Part shown: positions 1 to 9,255 of the stretch, one piece after another
Position numbering within the stretch: position 1 is the first letter of the stretch
Layout of the letters: every line of letters begins with the position of its first letter
Assembly: GCA_041662665.1 (NCBI GenBank)
Contig: JBAZSC010000004.1
Span: 10,464-74,463 of the forward strand
Reading direction: 5' to 3'
DNA length: 64,000 nt
Source of the DNA: Patescibacteria group bacterium
GTDB lineage: Bacteria; Patescibacteriota; JABMPQ01; JAQVVF01
Notes under the pieces: model-generated
Seen by the model: the letters and a program-made list of their open reading frames with translations, nothing else
What the model was told of the DNA's origin: nothing
Databases searched by the model: none
Made by a program: the position numbers and the translations under genes

Positions 1-367
1 ATATTCCAACTAAAAGATAAGTCAAAAAAACAGTCACAATGTAAATTCCGCCAATTTTAAGAATTTCTTTAAACTTTTTGCCATTATCTTTTTCTTCAGG
101 ATGAACAAAAATAATTAAATAGCCTAAAAGCAAAATTATCAATCCAATCGCGCATGGATTTATGCCATCAATCAATCCAGCAACTATCACAATAGGCAAA
201 GTTAATTGTTCGGCATTCAAATGCAACATTTGTCCGACATCACAACCAAAAATAACAATTTTTTGCGCTTTACAAGTCGCTTCCGCAGCCAAAACTTGGT
301 TAGTAACTAGCAAACAGTAACTAGTAATTAGCAAAATAAAAACACTGATTTTTCTAAAATATTTCAT
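1..367 (-). CDS. Partial membrane protein, cytochrome c biogenesis CcdA/DsbD-like transmembrane family (runs off the left edge)
   Basis: Hand translation from ATG at 367: MKYFRKISVFILL...LPIVIVAGLIDGINPCAIGLIILLLGYL. The D-x-I-N-P-C motif lies in a hydrophobic helix. Confidence 0.6.
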   Translation of the reverse strand, partial: MKYFRKISVFILLITSYCLLVTNQVLAAEATCKAQKIVIFGCDVGQMLHLNAEQLTLPIVIVAGLIDGINPCAIGLIILLLGYLIIFVHPEEKDNGKKFKEILKIGGIYIVTVFLTYLLVGI

Positions 368-407
368 AAACTAAATCTAACACAAAAATTTATTCGGAAC
401 AATATTT

Positions 408-436
408 CACCCTTCGGGTGACCACCCGCAGGGTGG
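408..436. repeat. Double mini-hairpin element CACCCTTCGGGTG-A-CCACCCGCAGGGTGG
   Basis: A second copy with 3 mismatches lies at 14976-15004 inside valS. Confidence 0.8.
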
Positions 437-477
437 CAATATTCAATATTCAATTCTAGCATCCAATCTTCGTAACA

Positions 478-568
478 ATATCCAAATTTCCTAATTTCCG
501 AATATCTTAATATCCGAATATATTTCGAAATACTTTATAAACTTTAAGAACTTTATAGACTTTACAAA
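478..568. repeat. Mosaic of degenerate short tandem repeats (AATATCCG/AATTTCCG-type, then AACTTTATA-type)
   Basis: The same unit types recur at 50831-50861, 11281-11300, 14347-14385, 56144-56205 and 63337-63372. Confidence 0.7.
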
Positions 569-2209
569 CTAGAGTATCTCTTCCCGTTTTTCCTTGATAT
601 ACACAATCCAATCTTCAATAATTTCAATCATTAATTGGAATGGCGCTTCAATCAAAAAATCCATAATAAAAATAAAAACATTAACTCTAGAAAAAGTATT
701 AGAGATCCATCTGCCAAATCTCAAAATTGGCAAAGTAAAAATATCAAAAATAAATGTGATTATATTCTCTTTTTCTGTTTGTAAAATCAATTCTCGAACA
801 CTTTGCCGTAAAGAAACGCCAAAGAAACAAACGATACTGAATAACACAATGAAAATACCACCAGAAACAACATTAAAATCAAGTTTATGTAAAGACCAAA
901 TAATAAAACCAAACGTCATTGAAAAAACTAACAGATACAATGCCGAAAAAATAAAATTAAAAATAAATTTTCTTTTTCTCAATAAAACTTTTTCTTTGAC
1001 AAAAATTTTTCTTTTTACATCATCGTAAACAATTTCTTTTATGCCAGAAATAATTTTGTCAGAATTTTTTTCACCTGGTACTCGAACAAGCAATGCTACC
1101 AAAAATATCAAAAATGGCGGAACTAAAATATTCACAATAAATGCTGGATAATTTATCAATGACAAAAAAATCAATTCATACGGCACTTCTATAACTAATG
1201 CCAATAATATTTTTGTTAGCAAAATGTAAATAACTGCTCTAACAGCTTTGCGTCTTAATTTTGTTTTAAATTCTGCATATTTTTCTGAACAAACAGAACG
1301 CAATTTATCTTCCAATGATAAAATATCTGGCGGTGCAAAAGGATCAAATTCCAACGATGGCTCTGGCGGATTGATAAATAATTCCTTAGCATTCTCTGGA
1401 CTCTGTTCAATAAAACTTTTTAAAATCACAAACGGCGCCACATATTTTCGAACTAGCTGGTACAACCGATTCGCCATTTTATGATTCAATTGCCGATCTA
1501 TTCCATCTTTAATTAAATCAATATCATTCGCAATTTTTTCAATTGTTTGATATGAAGGCGTAGCAAACCAATTTGGAAAATGCAATCTAAACAAATGGTA
1601 AGACAAAATATCATCATCTGACTTTATCAATGCTCGATGAATCGCAATATAAACTTGAATATCTTTCTCGCCTTCCTTAATTCCTTGCTGCTCTAAAGAA
1701 ATTTTCTTAGCCAGCATATCGTACATGCAATTTACTAATGCTGTTTCCACTATTTTCGGTTTTAATAAATTATCAATTTCACAAGCTGAAATTGCCAGCA
1801 ACCATTCAATTTTTTTCAATGAACCTGGCAATTGCCTTTTTGCCAATTGATTATTTAAAAAAATATATTTATTCAAAATCGCGCTGATTTCTTCAACTGT
1901 TTCTTCAGTCACGCTCATATTTTTCAAATGCCTTGATCTAATCAATTCTCGAACTAACGAATCAGCAATAATTTTTGCCTTATTTTTATGGACAAATCTT
2001 CTTTTCAGAATTCTCAAAATTGCGCTTTTTCGTAATAAATGCTCTTCGCGATAATCAACTGCTGTTCTAATTTTTTCATAAAAAAAAGACAAAGTGGAAA
2101 TAACTTCATTTACTTTTATTACGGATCCTTTTCTCTTCTTATCCAAAGTCGATGCTTCGAAGAAAGCATCAAACAAATCATTGGCTTTTTTAGATAATCT
2201 TTTTTGCAT
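569..2209 (-). CDS. Hypothetical membrane protein (large soluble N-terminus, several C-terminal TM helices)
   Basis: 546-aa ORF with hydrophobic segments after about residue 320. No function recognised. Confidence 0.8.
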   Translation of the reverse strand: MQKRLSKKANDLFDAFFEASTLDKKRKGSVIKVNEVISTLSFFYEKIRTAVDYREEHLLRKSAILRILKRRFVHKNKAKIIADSLVRELIRSRHLKNMSVTEETVEEISAILNKYIFLNNQLAKRQLPGSLKKIEWLLAISACEIDNLLKPKIVETALVNCMYDMLAKKISLEQQGIKEGEKDIQVYIAIHRALIKSDDDILSYHLFRLHFPNWFATPSYQTIEKIANDIDLIKDGIDRQLNHKMANRLYQLVRKYVAPFVILKSFIEQSPENAKELFINPPEPSLEFDPFAPPDILSLEDKLRSVCSEKYAEFKTKLRRKAVRAVIYILLTKILLALVIEVPYELIFLSLINYPAFIVNILVPPFLIFLVALLVRVPGEKNSDKIISGIKEIVYDDVKRKIFVKEKVLLRKRKFIFNFIFSALYLLVFSMTFGFIIWSLHKLDFNVVSGGIFIVLFSIVCFFGVSLRQSVRELILQTEKENIITFIFDIFTLPILRFGRWISNTFSRVNVFIFIMDFLIEAPFQLMIEIIEDWIVYIKEKREEIL

Positions 2210-2285
2210 AACAAGCTATCTTAGCTAAATATGCAATTTTAGTCAACAAAAAACCCAAATAATTTTAGGTTTTTAGATATAAGAT

Positions 2286-2353
2286 ATCTGTGTTATCTGT
2301 ATAGAATCTGTGTTATCTGTATAGAATCTGTTTTAAATCTGTGTAAAATCTGT
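2286..2353. repeat. Tandem repeat ATCTGTGTTATCTGTATAGA x2 plus degenerate ATCTGT units
   Basis: Exact 20-bp duplication at 2286-2325. A related AATCCGC tract lies at 59341-59381. Confidence 0.8.
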
Positions 2354-2357
2354 AGCA

Positions 2358-3602
2358 TTAGACTTCAATATATCCTTTTTCCCAATTATCAATAATCATT
2401 TTTTCCATCATTGTTTTACCGCCGACATATTCATAGAAAATCTTATTCCATAATGATTCTTGATGGTGATAAAGATATTTAATCATCTCTTTTCGCTTCG
2501 CCAAACCCATTTCATTATCAATCAAATTAAAACTAATCAGTTCATCATTCAAATCGCCTTTAAAAAAATCTCCGACAAAATTCAAACCTTCCCAAAAAGC
2601 AAATTCTAAACCTTTAAATTTAACATCGAGTTTTGATAATGATTCTTCTGCTTTTGACCAATGAATTGTTTCTGGATTTACATGCGGTTCAAATAACCTG
2701 AAGTCATTTTCATCATCTTTTGCTAAATATCTTTGTACAATTCTAAAAAAACCAAATGGCATTTTTTCACTCAACACATCGCCACGAATTAATGAATCTA
2801 AATTATTTGCAAATTTTCCATCTGTTTTATGTTTTTCAATTAATTTAGAATAAAAAGGAATTTCGTTCAAATAATGCAAAATCAAAGAAAACATTCTCAA
2901 GGTTTCACCTGCAATTCCAGATGAGATTGGAATAATAAAAATTATTCCTAATTCTTTTAAATGGCTTAAATTATGATATTTTTTCTTAATAAATCTTTGG
3001 GCAATTCTTAACCATTTTTCATTTAAAACAATTACTTCGATATCACGATACTCAAAATCTGATGGCTGTAACTTTAGATAAGCTTTACTAAAAACATTAT
3101 TCATCCAATCTCTTGATTCAACAAATCTAAGTGCCGCATATACTTCTCTCCAATCTTCTTTTTCTAACAATAATTCCATACTTTTGTACTTCAAAGCTGA
3201 CAAAATATTCGGCGGCGGATTTTTTAATAAAAATTCTTTTGCCTTGTCTTTTTTTATAAAAAAACCTCGCTTATTATCTGTAATCTCCAATGCTACTTGT
3301 ATTGCTTTAGAACAAGATTCTTTTTTTTCACAAATCGGTTGACCAAGCATTTCAAACAAAGCTCGATCATCTCTTTTTAATTTTAAAATAATTGCTTTAT
3401 GAATAGTCAACGCATGACTATTTTTCGGCAATTTCAAAATTCCAAGCAATTCCTTTATTCGAAAATTATTTTCCGAAACAATTTTATCCAATACTAAAGA
3501 TTTTTTAAACTTTTTTTCCATCAACTCCGCAGTTTTTAAAACAGTAACCTTGTCGGTTCTCAAAATTCTCGCAATTTTTTCCGCTGAAACATAGTTTGCC
3601 AT
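2358..3602 (-). CDS. Hypothetical protein downstream of pfkB/gap
   Basis: 414-aa ORF co-oriented with the glycolytic genes, with His-containing motifs (HNLSHLKELG, LHYLNE, YLYHHQE). Confidence 0.8.
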   Translation of the reverse strand: MANYVSAEKIARILRTDKVTVLKTAELMEKKFKKSLVLDKIVSENNFRIKELLGILKLPKNSHALTIHKAIILKLKRDDRALFEMLGQPICEKKESCSKAIQVALEITDNKRGFFIKKDKAKEFLLKNPPPNILSALKYKSMELLLEKEDWREVYAALRFVESRDWMNNVFSKAYLKLQPSDFEYRDIEVIVLNEKWLRIAQRFIKKKYHNLSHLKELGIIFIIPISSGIAGETLRMFSLILHYLNEIPFYSKLIEKHKTDGKFANNLDSLIRGDVLSEKMPFGFFRIVQRYLAKDDENDFRLFEPHVNPETIHWSKAEESLSKLDVKFKGLEFAFWEGLNFVGDFFKGDLNDELISFNLIDNEMGLAKRKEMIKYLYHHQESLWNKIFYEYVGGKTMMEKMIIDNWEKGYIEV

Positions 3603-3616
3603 AAAATATAAGTTAA

Positions 3617-3674
3617 TAGAAAACAGAAAACAGAAACAACGACGACGTTACTGTTTCCTATTTTCTGTTTTCTA
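3617..3674. repeat. Inverted tandem-repeat hairpin (AGAAAAC units) with CGACGACG loop
   Basis: TAGAAAACAGAAAACAGAAACA-acgacgacgttac-TGTTTCCTATTTTCTGTTTTCTA, abutting the pfkB stop codon. Confidence 0.8.
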
Positions 3675-4619
3675 GAGCAGATAATTCTCTACTTTCACTT
3701 TATCAAATTTATTTAATCCACTCTTCGTCATTAATCCATTCTTTGCTCCAATTTTTTTCACAACTGATGATGCATTAGCAGTTGCTAATTGAATTGCATA
3801 ATTAACATCATTTTTAAAAAATAGTCCAGAAACAAATCCAGATCCAAAAGCATCTCCAGCACCAGTACTTTCAACAGCCTTACCTCCCATTGCCTTTGCT
3901 TTATAACAAGTTTTTCCGCTACAAGCTTCAACACCTTCCATTCCATTTGTAATTACTACTATTCCATCAGTCAAACTGTCTAATTTTTCAAAAATTTCTT
4001 TTGCATTTTTTAAACCAGTCAATTCTTTTGCTTCATCAAGATTTAAAATCAACACGCCAACTTTTGCTAAAAAAGGTTTTAAAGAAGTCATGCCTAATTT
4101 TATTTCCGAATTTCCAGGATTCCACGCAATTCTTATTTTTTTATCATTTGCACAATCAAAAATAGTTTTCAGAACTTTTACATTACCAGACAAAGAAGTA
4201 ATGTAAAACCATTTTGCATTAATTTTATTACATGGAATATCAGACTCTTTAAAATATTCACTTGTCCCTCGATGCACCAAAGCAACTCTGCCATTTTCAG
4301 TTGAAATAATAATTGAATAAGCTGTATATAGGTCTTTAGTTTCAGTAATAAATTGTGAACTAATCCCAAATTTTTTTAAATCTTCTAACACTGCCATACC
4401 TCCTGGATCATTTCCAATTCTACTAATACAAGCAGTATTCAATCCAAAATTTGAAAAAGTTGCTGCTGCATTAGTTGCTCCTCCGCCAGTAAAAAAGAAA
4501 ATCTCATCAACATCATTTTTTGATCCCAAATCAAAAGATAATTTATCTTTAGTTATAGGAAATTTTCCTTTCAAAAAAACATCGCGAGTCGCTGATCCAA
4601 TTGTAATTACATCAAACAT
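3672..4619 (-). CDS. PfkB/ribokinase-family carbohydrate kinase
   Basis: GGGATNAA near the N-terminus and the PfkB signature VESTGAGDAFGSG. Confidence 0.92.
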   Translation of the reverse strand: MFDVITIGSATRDVFLKGKFPITKDKLSFDLGSKNDVDEIFFFTGGGATNAAATFSNFGLNTACISRIGNDPGGMAVLEDLKKFGISSQFITETKDLYTAYSIIISTENGRVALVHRGTSEYFKESDIPCNKINAKWFYITSLSGNVKVLKTIFDCANDKKIRIAWNPGNSEIKLGMTSLKPFLAKVGVLILNLDEAKELTGLKNAKEIFEKLDSLTDGIVVITNGMEGVEACSGKTCYKAKAMGGKAVESTGAGDAFGSGFVSGLFFKNDVNYAIQLATANASSVVKKIGAKNGLMTKSGLNKFDKVKVENYLL

Positions 4620-4644
4620 AAATAAAAATATTAATAAAAAATAT

Positions 4645-5001
4645 TTAAATTATTCTATTGCCTAATCCTTCTATCATTTTTTTCATCGCCTGTATCATTT
4701 CTTCTTTATCAGATGAGCCTTTGGTCAAAACAGAATTAGCATTAGTTGCTAAGAAAGTATGGACTTCTTTTAATGATGGAGTAACTTCGGATAATTTAAA
4801 AATATTACCAACCTTTTCTATATAAATTCCTTCACCCTTCACATTTCTAAAACCATTTTCATTTTGATGAAAAGTTTTTGATGCCAATTCTTGAATTTCT
4901 TGAAAAGCTCTTTCAAATTGTTCAAAATTAAGTTCCTGAAGATCTAAATTTTCGAAATTCTTAGGTCCCTCAACATCTAAAGCAGGATGTTCTCCTATCA
5001 T
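4645..5001 (-). CDS. Hypothetical protein
   Basis: 118-aa ORF filling the gap-pfkB interval in the same orientation. Confidence 0.6.
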   Translation of the reverse strand: MIGEHPALDVEGPKNFENLDLQELNFEQFERAFQEIQELASKTFHQNENGFRNVKGEGIYIEKVGNIFKLSEVTPSLKEVHTFLATNANSVLTKGSSDKEEMIQAMKKMIEGLGNRII

Positions 5002-5031
5002 AATTTTGTTATTTAGTTATTTATAATTTCG

Positions 5032-6048
5032 TTATTTTATTAATGCTCCAGATTTAACAACATGCTCTACTAAAGTAACAGCGTATCCCCATTCATTGTC
5101 ATACCATGCCATAACTTTAACCAAATTTCCGCCAACAACTTTTGTAAATTCTGAATCAACAATACTAGCATGAGAATTCTTAATAATATCATGTGAAACG
5201 ATTGGTTCCGTAGAAAATTCTAATAAATTTTTCCATCGATCTTCTTTGCTCGCATCTTCCAAAATTTTATTTACTTCGGAAACGTTTGTTTCTTTTTTTG
5301 AAATAAATGTCACATCAGCAATAGAGCCACAAACAACCGGAACTCTAACAGCAATGCCATCAAATTTATCTGCCAATTCAGTTATTGCTTCAGTAGTTGC
5401 TTTTGCAGCTCCAGTTGTTGATGGCACCAAATTTTGCCCTGCTGATCTTCCACGTCTCATATCTTTCAAATCAGCTGGACCATCAACCAAGCTTTGAGTT
5501 GCAGTATAAGCATGAGTTGTATTCAACAACGCTTTTTCAATTCCTAATTTTTCATTTAAAATCGCAACAACCGGTGAAATAGCATTTGTTGTACAAGATG
5601 CGTTTGAAGTAATCACATCATCTTTCATTTTTTCTTCATTAACTCCTAATAAAATAGTTGGCACGCCTCCTTTTGCTGGTGCAGAAATTACCACTCTTTT
5701 TGCGCCAACTGTTAAATGCATTTTTGCCTTTTCTTTTTCCGTAAACACGCCAGTACATTCAACACAAACATCAACATTCAATTCTTTCCATGGCAATTTG
5801 CTTGGATCTTTTTCTTGAGAAAAATTAACTTTCTTGCCTTCCACAACTAAATTTCCATCAACAACTTCAACTTTCTTATCATATTTTCCATAGACCGTAT
5901 CATACTTCAAAAGATAAGCTAAATTTTCTAAATCTCCCAAATCATTAATTCCTACAATTTCCATTTCATCTTGCCGATCAAACGCAATTTGAAAAAATTG
6001 TCTGCCGATCCTGCCAAATCCATTGATTGCTACTTTTATTTTGTTCAT
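5032..6048 (-). CDS. gap: Type I glyceraldehyde-3-phosphate dehydrogenase
   Basis: INGFGRIGR, catalytic SNASCTTN and WYDNEWGY. Confidence 0.98.
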   Translation of the reverse strand: MNKIKVAINGFGRIGRQFFQIAFDRQDEMEIVGINDLGDLENLAYLLKYDTVYGKYDKKVEVVDGNLVVEGKKVNFSQEKDPSKLPWKELNVDVCVECTGVFTEKEKAKMHLTVGAKRVVISAPAKGGVPTILLGVNEEKMKDDVITSNASCTTNAISPVVAILNEKLGIEKALLNTTHAYTATQSLVDGPADLKDMRRGRSAGQNLVPSTTGAAKATTEAITELADKFDGIAVRVPVVCGSIADVTFISKKETNVSEVNKILEDASKEDRWKNLLEFSTEPIVSHDIIKNSHASIVDSEFTKVVGGNLVKVMAWYDNEWGYAVTLVEHVVKSGALIK

Positions 6049-6132
6049 AAAAATTCTTTTTTAAATAATAAAAACACCTGCTTCCCCTCCTTATAAAACA
6101 ATTATAACAAATTTTAACAATTCAGCCAAACC

Positions 6133-6155
6133 AAAAAAGGGCACGTGCCCTTTTC
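6133..6155 (-). terminator. Intrinsic terminator after the SGNH surface-protein gene
   Basis: AAAAAAGGGCACGTGCCCTTTT hairpin with A/T tails. Confidence 0.65.
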
Positions 6156-6232
6156 AAAAAAGTTATTAGCAAATTATGAGCAAGTTAAAAAAATTGAATA
6201 AATTTTTTTAACAGCAAAAGATTAACGATTCT

Positions 6233-8623
6233 TTATTCAAAAAAGAAATCTTGGCTATCCGATGTTTCTAAATTAGTTGAATTAGATAAGGCATTCTTCT
6301 CAGCAATCACGAATTTAATCTTTTTTAATGTTCTGAAGTAAAATGATGGAGCAAATGGTCTGTTCTTTGTCTTGATATCTAAAGGATTTGGAACAGGATT
6401 TTTAGGTATCTTTACAAGATAATTTCTAATCTTAAATTTCAAAGTATGAGTTGTTTTGTTTTGATAAATTCTGTATGGTCCTCGCCAAATTCCGTCTCTA
6501 TCTTTAATAAATAGTCTTAAATTCTTTTCTTTGATCTTTGTCTTGTTTAATTTAGATTTTGAATATCTAACAGAGACTCTGAAATTAATATGTTTATTAA
6601 CATTTTTCTGATAGGCTCTTTTGACTGTACCAATATTTGATAATAGCTTTAAGTATCCTGGATAGCTGTTTTTCTTTGTAAAACCATTTAGATGTTTCTT
6701 TTTGTTTCTAATTAATTTGATATATAGATCGTTGATTGATTTTTGTTTAGGAAGAAGATAGAAAAGAAGATCTGCATTATCTTGTTGACTTTGATAAGTT
6801 TGGTTTAAAATTACATTTTCTAAATTAAGTTTTTCAATGAAAGGAATAACTGGAGCTTCAGTATTAATAATATATTCTTCAGTTTTTACACTTTCTGAAT
6901 TTCCAACATTATCAACTGAAAAGAATTTTAGAGTTGTTGTTTCAGAAATTTCGATTGGCGAAGAATAGACTAATGATGAAGTAGTTGGTTCTGTGCCATC
7001 AGTTGTGTAATATGTTGTAGCGACGCCAGAATTATCATCAACTGCTGTCAAGGTAACAGATTGAACTGATGTGTAAGTTTCACCAATTGGAGAAGCAGTG
7101 GTTATTGGTGCTACTGTATCAATAACATAAATCTCTGTTTTCACAGCTTCTAAATTACCAATGGCATTTTCTGAAAAGAATTTTAAGGTTGTATTCGTTA
7201 AAATATCAATCGGACTAGAATATGTTGGTGAAGCTTCTGTTGGGTCTGAACCATCTGTTGTATAGTATGTTGTTGCTGTCTTATTTGGAGTCAAAGTAAT
7301 TGATTGAGCGCTATTGTATGTATCACCTACTGGAGAGGCAGTTGTAACTGGAATATCACTATCCAATACATCGACAATTGTTTGGGCAATTTCCGTATAC
7401 CCTGCTACATTTTCGTGTACTCCATCACCAGAATCATATATGGCCTGTATATCCCAGTAATTACCAGCGTCTCCACCAACTCTAAATTGCCCGATATGTG
7501 GTTTGCTGTCAACTACTATGGCGGACGAGTACGAAGTGGCTATCAGATTTACAAGGTGTGTTTCCCAATCACTTCTTATCTGCCAGTTAGCATTCGACCT
7601 TGCAGTGAATGGTGTCGATAGCAGAACTACAGGTATAATATTATTAGTTACACAGGCATCAAGCATTGAAGTCCAATTGGCAAGAAAGATTGCCTCGGCC
7701 CCTTCTGCACTTGTGTCATCATTTGCGCTGGCTTCTATTATTGCCATCCTGGGGTGTAAATTAACCACATCATTCGTAAATCTTGCAGCAATTTGGGTAG
7801 ATGTTTGACTTCCAATACCCATATTCTGATATGTTGCAGAATGCAAAAGAGAGAATTGGTAACTAATAGAACTACTAAGTGAATATGTCGTACTGTTTTC
7901 AATAAACGAATAGTTTGCTGGATGTCCAGCCACAATAGAATCTCCAATATATACTATTTGAGGAGCTTGCATATAAACTTTGACAGGAAGTATTGAAGTG
8001 TATGGAGATTGTGCCGACCAATTATAATTAGTCGCACTAGGAGTCGCATCGTAAGCAAAATAGGCTGAGTTAGCCGCTTGACCAATTAATACATTCCATT
8101 GGTTACTACCTGCTCCACTAATAACTATTCCACATGCGATATAGTCTCCCTCTTGCACTGTCCAGGTAGTAGAGGGTGTAATATTTTTAGTCGCAGGTAA
8201 ACCAGTTAATTGGGCTAATACGTCTTCTTGATAAATTCTATCAAAAGTTGCGCCATTCTTACGCCATATCTGTATATAATAATTAGTTATATTAGTAACA
8301 TTATTTACGTGAATAGACAAATGGTCTATGACTCCATTTTGTCTAATACGCGACCTGTTATTATTAAGTAACCGATATCCGCTTGTATGTAATGACCCAT
8401 CGACACCCGAGTTGCCACCAACAGTTAATATTGCATCATAGCCACCAGCTTCAACAATATTCGAATTTGGAGCCATATCCCATGCATATGTAGAAGTAGG
8501 TACAAGCAAAATAAGTATCGGGATTAACAAGACCGCAAGTAAAATTAAAAAAGAGTTAAAAATTTTTACTTTTCCATTAAGCCCCCCCCCTCGTACTTTT
8601 TTGTTTATATTTAAATTATCCAT
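6233..8623 (-). CDS. Secreted SGNH/GDSL hydrolase with two Fn3-associated (YYTTDG..P) repeats and a Lys-rich C-terminal domain
   Basis: Signal-peptide-like N-terminus, IVYIGDSIVAG, NMGIGSQTS, ANDD and DGVHEN, then two TYYTTDGxxPT repeats. Confidence 0.8.
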   Translation of the reverse strand: MDNLNINKKVRGGGLNGKVKIFNSFLILLAVLLIPILILLVPTSTYAWDMAPNSNIVEAGGYDAILTVGGNSGVDGSLHTSGYRLLNNNRSRIRQNGVIDHLSIHVNNVTNITNYYIQIWRKNGATFDRIYQEDVLAQLTGLPATKNITPSTTWTVQEGDYIACGIVISGAGSNQWNVLIGQAANSAYFAYDATPSATNYNWSAQSPYTSILPVKVYMQAPQIVYIGDSIVAGHPANYSFIENSTTYSLSSSISYQFSLLHSATYQNMGIGSQTSTQIAARFTNDVVNLHPRMAIIEASANDDTSAEGAEAIFLANWTSMLDACVTNNIIPVVLLSTPFTARSNANWQIRSDWETHLVNLIATSYSSAIVVDSKPHIGQFRVGGDAGNYWDIQAIYDSGDGVHENVAGYTEIAQTIVDVLDSDIPVTTASPVGDTYNSAQSITLTPNKTATTYYTTDGSDPTEASPTYSSPIDILTNTTLKFFSENAIGNLEAVKTEIYVIDTVAPITTASPIGETYTSVQSVTLTAVDDNSGVATTYYTTDGTEPTTSSLVYSSPIEISETTTLKFFSVDNVGNSESVKTEEYIINTEAPVIPFIEKLNLENVILNQTYQSQQDNADLLFYLLPKQKSINDLYIKLIRNKKKHLNGFTKKNSYPGYLKLLSNIGTVKRAYQKNVNKHINFRVSVRYSKSKLNKTKIKEKNLRLFIKDRDGIWRGPYRIYQNKTTHTLKFKIRNYLVKIPKNPVPNPLDIKTKNRPFAPSFYFRTLKKIKFVIAEKNALSNSTNLETSDSQDFFFE

Positions 8624-8725
8624 TTTGTTTTAATTAATTTGTATTTTTAATTCTAAAAAATACAAAACAACTCACAGAGTTTTATCAAAATTATTATAGC
8701 ACAAAATATTATTTTCTAAAAATCA

Positions 8726-9010
8726 TCACACAAAAAACTTATCCACATCTATTTTATTTTTCTTAATTTCAATTCCTTCTTGTCTTAACAATTTTATTTT
8801 CTTTTTTAATCCTTTATTATATCCTCCAACAAAACCATCACTTCTTATCACTCTATGACATGGCACTTCTTTATTAAAATTTTTATTCAAAATATTACCA
8901 ACAGCACGATAAGCTCTAGGTTTATTTATCTTCTTTGCAATTTTTTTATAAGTAATAATTTTACCTTTTGGAATTTGCTTACAAATTTTATAAACTTCTT
9001 CTTTAAACAT
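8726..9010 (-). CDS. MGMT family O6-alkylguanine DNA alkyltransferase (DNA-binding/catalytic domain only)
   Basis: IPKGKIITY, RAVG and the active-site PCHRV. Confidence 0.9.
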   Translation of the reverse strand: MFKEEVYKICKQIPKGKIITYKKIAKKINKPRAYRAVGNILNKNFNKEVPCHRVIRSDGFVGGYNKGLKKKIKLLRQEGIEIKKNKIDVDKFFV

Positions 9011-9083
9011 AAATTTATTATATCAAAAAAGCCTACTAAAATTGAAGTAGACTTTTTTTAAATTTTTAAAAATGATATTTAAA

Positions 9084-9155
9084 TACCGCCTAGGGGAATC
9101 GAACCCCTGTTGTCAGGATGAAAACCTGATGTCCTAGCCACTAGACGAAGGCGGC
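9084..9155 (-). tRNA. tRNA-Glu (anticodon TTC)
   Basis: Reverse complement GCCGCCTTCGTCTAGTGGCTAGGACATCAGGTTTTCATCCTGACAACAGGGGTTCGATTCCCCTAGGCGGTA folds as a cloverleaf; CCA is not encoded. Confidence 0.96.
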
Positions 9156-9255
9156 ACAATTATTCTATATACACAGAATAATACTAAAATTACTTAAAGT
9201 CAATACTCAAACAATATATTATTTGTTATAATAAAATAAATATTACATAAAATTC

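Noticed and set aside
6075-6095. SRP-RNA-like GGAAGCAG in the gap leader
   Set aside because: Lacks the CAGG-stem-GGAA tetraloop and the long flanking helix.
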